From Ignavibacteriota bacterium (GTDB taxonomy: Bacteria > Bacteroidota > Ignavibacteria > UBA10030), in assembly GCA_963701295.1 (NCBI GenBank), contig OY969585.1, positions 2,496,001 to 2,560,000 on the forward strand: 64,000 bases of DNA, written 5' to 3'. Made by a program: the position numbers and the translations under genes. This document shows positions 59,193 through 64,000 of the stretch, one piece after another. Below the pieces are notes generated by a model. It searched no databases. It had not been told where the DNA came from and worked only from the letters and a program-made list of their open reading frames with translations. Positions within the stretch are counted from its first letter, which is position 1, and every line of letters begins with the position of its first letter.

Positions 59193-60989
59193 CTATTTAA
59201 GCAAAATGAATTTCTTTGTTTGAGTAAAGGAACCAGCTTGCAAGCGATAGAAGTACACACCAGACGGCATATTTGCCGCGTTCCAATGCACTTGATAGGA
59301 ACCCGCAGGTTCCTTTTCGTTCACGAGCGTTGCCACTTCTCTTCCAATTAAATCAAAAACTTTGAGTGTGACAAATGATTTGGATGGCAGACTAAATGAA
59401 ATTGTCGTTGTTGGATTAAATGGATTTGGATAATTCTGTGCCAAGAAGAACTTGGTCGGAAGTGGAGATTGTTGCTCCACTCCAGTGAGAGTTAAGGTAA
59501 ATGCTCTTTTTGGGCTAAACGACCCCCACCCATATTCATTTTTCGCTTTCACCCTCCACCAGTACGTTCCCGCCCCAGACAACCCGGTGACTACCTTTGT
59601 GGTGTCCGTCAGTGTCGAATCGATCGTTTGAAAAGTGAAGAGCGAATCGGTAGCCATATTAAACGCGTATCCGGTTGGATTGCCCGTTGGTTTATCCCAG
59701 ACAAATGGGATCACCGTTGATACAACCGTTGCCTGGTCTGCAGGATAGACCAACGAAACTTGACCCACTGGGACTGTGAATATCCAAGCCGCACCTGTTT
59801 CACTATTATCACCATACCCACCGACGATTGCTGTATTCCCATCAGAGGAAAGAGAGACCGTATAACCTTGATACGCAAGCCCCACAGCACCGACGCCAAC
59901 GAGTTTGCTCCCCTGCTGAGTCCACACTCCGATGCTCCGTCTGAATACCCATGAAGCACCACAACCACTATTGAAAAAGTTGTCACGATACCCACCCACA
60001 ATTGCCGTATTCCCATCGGAGGAAAGAGAGACTGACCATCCTTGGTACGCAACACCCACAGCACCGGAACCCACGAGTTTGCTCCCCTGCTGAGTCCACA
60101 CTCCGCCGCTCCGTGTGAATACCCATGCTGCACCTGCAAGACTATTGTCACCATACCCGCCCACGAGTGCCGTATTCCCGTCGGAAGATAGAGAGACAGA
60201 AATGCCTTGATTTGCAGTACCCACAGCACCGCTGCCCACGAGTTTGCTCCCCTGCTGAATCCACGCTCCACCGCTCCGTGTGAATACCCATGCCGCACCT
60301 GCACCACTGCTGTCATTCGCCCCACTCACGAGTGCCGTGTTTCCATCGGAGGAAAGAGAGACTGAATAGCCTTGCCTTGCACTACCCACAGCACCGCTGC
60401 CCACGAGTTTGCTCCCCTGCTGAGTCCACACTCCGCCGCTTCGTGTGAACACCCATGCCGCACCTGCTCTACTATCGTCATTCAGCCCACCGACGATTGC
60501 CGTATTCCCGTCGGAAGATAGAGAGACAGAAATGCCTTGATTTGCAGCACCCACAGCACCGGTGCCGACGAGTTTGCTCCCCTGTTGAGTCCATGCTCCG
60601 CCGCTCCGTGTGAACACCCATGCCGCACCTGCCGAACCATTGTCATACAACCCACCCACGATTGCCGTATTCCCATCGGAGGAGAGAGAGACTGAATAGC
60701 CTTGACCTGCTGTACCCACAGCACCGGTGCCGACGAGTTTGCTCCCCTGCTGAGTCCACAATCCGCTGCTCCGTGTGAATACCCATGCCGCACCTACCGA
60801 ACTATTGTCAGAATACCCACCCACAATTGCCGTATTCCCATCGGAGGAAAGAGAGACTGACCATCCTTGATACGCAACACCCACAGCACCGGAACCCACG
60901 AGTTTGCTCCCCTGCTGGAGAAACTGTGCATCGGTATTTTCTATCAATGCAGCATAAAACAGTACAACAAAAACCAATGTGTTTTTCAT
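59193..60989 (-). CDS. Secreted 7-repeat (FG-GAP-like) beta-propeller protein with FN3-like domain and T9SS CTD
   Basis: Signal peptide after SD AAGGAG, seven ~55-aa repeats, YWWRVKA, QNYPNPFNP...KKFILLK. Confidence 0.88.
   Translation of the reverse strand: MKNTLVFVVLFYAALIENTDAQFLQQGSKLVGSGAVGVAYQGWSVSLSSDGNTAIVGGYSDNSSVGAAWVFTRSSGLWTQQGSKLVGTGAVGTAGQGYSVSLSSDGNTAIVGGLYDNGSAGAAWVFTRSGGAWTQQGSKLVGTGAVGAANQGISVSLSSDGNTAIVGGLNDDSRAGAAWVFTRSGGVWTQQGSKLVGSGAVGSARQGYSVSLSSDGNTALVSGANDSSGAGAAWVFTRSGGAWIQQGSKLVGSGAVGTANQGISVSLSSDGNTALVGGYGDNSLAGAAWVFTRSGGVWTQQGSKLVGSGAVGVAYQGWSVSLSSDGNTAIVGGYRDNFFNSGCGASWVFRRSIGVWTQQGSKLVGVGAVGLAYQGYTVSLSSDGNTAIVGGYGDNSETGAAWIFTVPVGQVSLVYPADQATVVSTVIPFVWDKPTGNPTGYAFNMATDSLFTFQTIDSTLTDTTKVVTGLSGAGTYWWRVKAKNEYGWGSFSPKRAFTLTLTGVEQQSPLPTKFFLAQNYPNPFNPTTTISFSLPSKSFVTLKVFDLIGREVATLVNEKEPAGSYQVHWNAANMPSGVYFYRLQAGSFTQTKKFILLK
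59775..60918 (-). repeat. Seven tandem ~165-bp coding repeats
   Basis: QQGSKLVG.GAVG.A.QG.SVSLSSDGNTA.V.G..D....GAAWVFTRS repeated 7 times with high DNA identity. Confidence 0.95.
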
Positions 60990-61030
60990 TATGTTGCTCC
61001 TTTTATTATGAATATAGAGAAACACTACTG

Positions 61031-63202
61031 TCATTTGATCAACAACATCTTTTTCTGATCTGTGTTGCGCCCAACAACCAACCTACAAAAGTACACTCCA
61101 CTCGATAAACTGCTCGCGTCGAAAGTAACTACGTGGCTTCCTGCAGATTGGAGTTCGTTCACCAATGATTTTACTTCTCTTCCTATTACATCATATACTT
61201 TCAAGGTGACAAAACTGTTCATTGGTATTTGATAATTGATCACCGTTGTCGGGTTGAAGGGATTCGGATAGTTTTGGAATAGCTGATATGTGTACGCAGT
61301 AAGCATTCCAAAGTGCTCTTGGTTAACACCGGTGGTACCGATACTCGGATCAAACGCGTACATCGTATCCGATCTGACAACAAGGGCGGTCCTATCGCCG
61401 ACATCAAACATGAGACCTGAGGATGGAAGCTCAACCCAACTATCGTGCAGGCCATTGAACGCGTAGAATTTGTGATTTACAATACCACCATTTTGTGTCG
61501 AGATGAGACCTATGCACCCTTTTACTCCTAGCCAGTATGCTGGTTCATCCATTGTAACGCTCGTCCATTTCTTGGAAAGACCACTGTATCCATGGATCGT
61601 ATTGTCATCTTCATAGTAGACAGCCACTGTATCTCCCACAGAAATATGAGAGTTATCTGCACTGATATTATGAATGATGCCTGACTGCGCATCGAATAGG
61701 TATGTTTTGTTCAAGGAGAGTGCGCGTGCAAATATCCCTTTCGCATCTACCTCTACCAGATCCCCTGGTGAAAATGTTGCTGTGGTGAAGGAATTTGTGA
61801 TGGAGGAATAAAACAGTGCGAAGGGATTCGCAACAGGAAACGGCATGGCATAAGCAGCGTCAGAAGCAATGACGCCGGATAAAGCGATGCTCTTTGGCAA
61901 CGGAACATTTATCCATGCATTTGTCGATCGATTATAGAATTGCATCACCATCGAATCGGAGGTGGCATTCCATTCGCTGAACGAACAATAATCTTCCCCA
62001 ATGAAACAATTACCGGCGTTATCATGACTGATGCTTGTTGCACAACCCCGACCATTGAGAACATCCCATGCGAGCACACTGCTGTTGCCGCCTTCCATAA
62101 AGATTGTGCTTCCATCGGAGGATATGCTAGGACTCTGATTGATAAAAAGCGTGAAAGGTATCGTCGTGAACTGACCGGTCTGTCCGAAGTAAGTTGTTAT
62201 ACCTTCTGTGTATGCTGGAGGAAAAGTGTACGAACCAAATCGAATAAAGTGATCACCTCCACGCGGACTTCCTACTTCTGTCCCACTATTTGCGTCGTAG
62301 TGGTATGTTGCCGTGTCGAGACTCCAAATCCCAAGTCTGGTATCGTAACAGTGCAGTTCGAAGGAATGTGTGCCGTCATTTACGGACCGGTCGCAATGTA
62401 CGCCCCAGGAGGTCGCATGTTCAGATCCATAGGTCACGTCATTAACATCGTTCAATGTAAGGATAGAAAAATTGTTGGAGGCAGCGCAGTATCCGAGGTA
62501 CTCGTCCTGGCTACCCGTCACCTGGCCCATTCCTACGTAGCCATGATCGTAATTGAATATTGCAGCGTAGCTATCGATTTGGTTGAAGGATTTAGTAATT
62601 TGACTGTACACGGTGTGCTGGAGGAGGCTACCAAGTGGACGGGCAAGCACCATAGCCGCGTAATCATTTTTTATAATAAGTGTTCCTCTAGTATCATAGT
62701 TTGAAGGAAGACCATAATTATAGCTCTTCCATTTCCCCATCTCTCCGTCGAAAATGTACAGCCGCTGTGTAGTAACAAACATCGCCATGGTGGAACTGCA
62801 TGCGTAGTTGGGTGGTTGAGCGGAGTTAGGAAGCGGTGTGCCTAAGTATCTCACGGTGTCCCAAGCGGAAACAAGGGCACTGTATGCGATAAGAAACGAA
62901 TCGGTATATGCAAAAATAATATTTCCGGGAGCGATCAAATCATGAAAAGTCTGCGCCGAGCTAAGCTCAACTTTAGTCCACTGCGATGTGCCGATATCGT
63001 AAAAGAAAATACTTGAGTCATTTTGATGAGCATATCCGAGACAGCGATCGCCGCACTTTGCTAGGAATCCGCCGTACACGGTTGGAACTGCATGCGAAAT
63101 CCACGCGCCGTGCTGGGCCGCGGCACTCCCTGCAACAAAAACGATAACGGCAGAAAGAAAGGTTGCGCGCAGAAAGAAGCGAAAACATATTGTAGTTTTC
63201 AT
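61031..63202 (-). CDS. Secreted protein with T9SS type A CTD and degenerate beta-rich repeats
   Basis: Signal peptide, recurring Y/F-S/D-x-x-x-x-x-W motifs, QNYPNPFNP...KKMLLIK. Confidence 0.8.
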   Translation of the reverse strand: MKTTICFRFFLRATFLSAVIVFVAGSAAAQHGAWISHAVPTVYGGFLAKCGDRCLGYAHQNDSSIFFYDIGTSQWTKVELSSAQTFHDLIAPGNIIFAYTDSFLIAYSALVSAWDTVRYLGTPLPNSAQPPNYACSSTMAMFVTTQRLYIFDGEMGKWKSYNYGLPSNYDTRGTLIIKNDYAAMVLARPLGSLLQHTVYSQITKSFNQIDSYAAIFNYDHGYVGMGQVTGSQDEYLGYCAASNNFSILTLNDVNDVTYGSEHATSWGVHCDRSVNDGTHSFELHCYDTRLGIWSLDTATYHYDANSGTEVGSPRGGDHFIRFGSYTFPPAYTEGITTYFGQTGQFTTIPFTLFINQSPSISSDGSTIFMEGGNSSVLAWDVLNGRGCATSISHDNAGNCFIGEDYCSFSEWNATSDSMVMQFYNRSTNAWINVPLPKSIALSGVIASDAAYAMPFPVANPFALFYSSITNSFTTATFSPGDLVEVDAKGIFARALSLNKTYLFDAQSGIIHNISADNSHISVGDTVAVYYEDDNTIHGYSGLSKKWTSVTMDEPAYWLGVKGCIGLISTQNGGIVNHKFYAFNGLHDSWVELPSSGLMFDVGDRTALVVRSDTMYAFDPSIGTTGVNQEHFGMLTAYTYQLFQNYPNPFNPTTVINYQIPMNSFVTLKVYDVIGREVKSLVNELQSAGSHVVTFDASSLSSGVYFCRLVVGRNTDQKKMLLIK

Positions 63203-63570
63203 TGTGCACCTCGCTAATTGATAAGATAATAAGGAACAAATGGAAATGGAAAGAACAGGGTTTGTCTGTTCAATTTCATTGTCATAGTGTTTATGGAGCA
63301 GGTTTCACTCGAGCACATCACACCTTGCAAGCAACTAAGCCGAGTATCTAATAATAGTTTTTACAGAACTCTCCTGCATACTATTGATGAAAAGGGCAAT
63401 TTCAATTAACGTGGCGCATAAAAAAAACATCGCAAAGTAAGGTATGATAAACTAATTTAGCGCACGAAACAATGCATCCGATAGCGAAATATCTGATTTC
63501 AATATAGTCAATTTACGATTCATTTTTATGTGTGGTCGGCGACGCTTCCAGCCTTGCATATATTCCCACA

Positions 63571-64000
63571 TCAAAATTTCACCTTTTTGTAAAAAATCGT
63601 CTTTGCCACTTCCGCTGTGATGATGTAAAACAATACAACGATCCCGATGAGCAAAAGGAACGAAAATGGCAGCGGGCTGAATCCAAAAATCTCGGCAAAT
63701 GGCGTAAAGGGCACAATCATCGTTATAACAACAATCGACAGAGTTGCAATGAAGAGATATTTCCCCGGCCGACTTTTGAAGGAAGGTTTCCGGCTTCGAA
63801 TAACGAGCACAATCAATGACGCTGAGACAACGGATTCCAGAAACCAGCCGGTTCTGAATTGAACCTGAGTAGCATGAAGGACAAGCAACAGACCGGCAAA
63901 TGTGAGATAATCAAACATCGAACTCACAATACCGAATGTAATCATGAATTTGCGGATTGCCTTAATGTCCCATCGCCGCGGATAGTCAATCATTTCTTTA
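63571..64000 (-). CDS. mgtA: Magnesium-translocating P-type ATPase, C-terminal part
   Basis: PRRWDI..IRKFMITFG.VSS.FD, FRTGWFLES, VIRS, PSFKSRP; the gene starts beyond the window. Confidence 0.88.
   Translation of the reverse strand, partial: KEMIDYPRRWDIKAIRKFMITFGIVSSMFDYLTFAGLLLVLHATQVQFRTGWFLESVVSASLIVLVIRSRKPSFKSRPGKYLFIATLSIVVITMIVPFTPFAEIFGFSPLPFSFLLLIGIVVLFYIITAEVAKTIFYKKVKF

Noticed and set aside
59775-60918. Diversity-generating retroelement behind the repeat variation
   Set aside because: No reverse transcriptase or non-coding template repeat in the window; all copies are in-frame coding repeats.
61940-62704. 254-aa plus-strand ORF
   Set aside because: Antisense shadow of the T9SS protein gene with no recognisable motifs.

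Overview
Bacterial chromosome segment, probably FCB group and Ignavibacteria-like (inferred from several T9SS-type C-terminal sorting domains, a PorV-family gene and sigma70-type promoters). The backbone is housekeeping: tadA, prfA, pdxB, dut, rsmI, tyrS, smpB, lpdA-lipB-lipA, psd-pssA, purSQ, tatA-gatA, sucD, korAB, rpsF-rpsR-rplI, prs-rplY-pth, bioY and the end of mgtA. The main unannotated structure is a pair of related, decayed tyrosine-integrase islands inserted at the 5' ends of two inverted, near-identical tRNA-Arg genes (UCG at 2254, ACG at 7106). Each island end carries the same module: a sigma70 promoter, a conserved ~100-nt structured RNA candidate ending exactly 116 nt before the tRNA, and 12-bp-spaced repeat pairs. 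The complete ~10.3-kb island (7063-17398) carries a SusD-less cassette: TonB receptor, a CTD-bearing protein, PorV and a lipoprotein. Other accessory items are a Ser/Thr kinase coupled to a GAF sigma54 activator with likely targets, a trio of pilin-like genes, a tRNA-Gln pseudogene interrupted by a double hairpin, a qNor remnant, two single-base frameshifts and a 7-repeat propeller protein. Family assignments come from motif recognition only; no searches were run.
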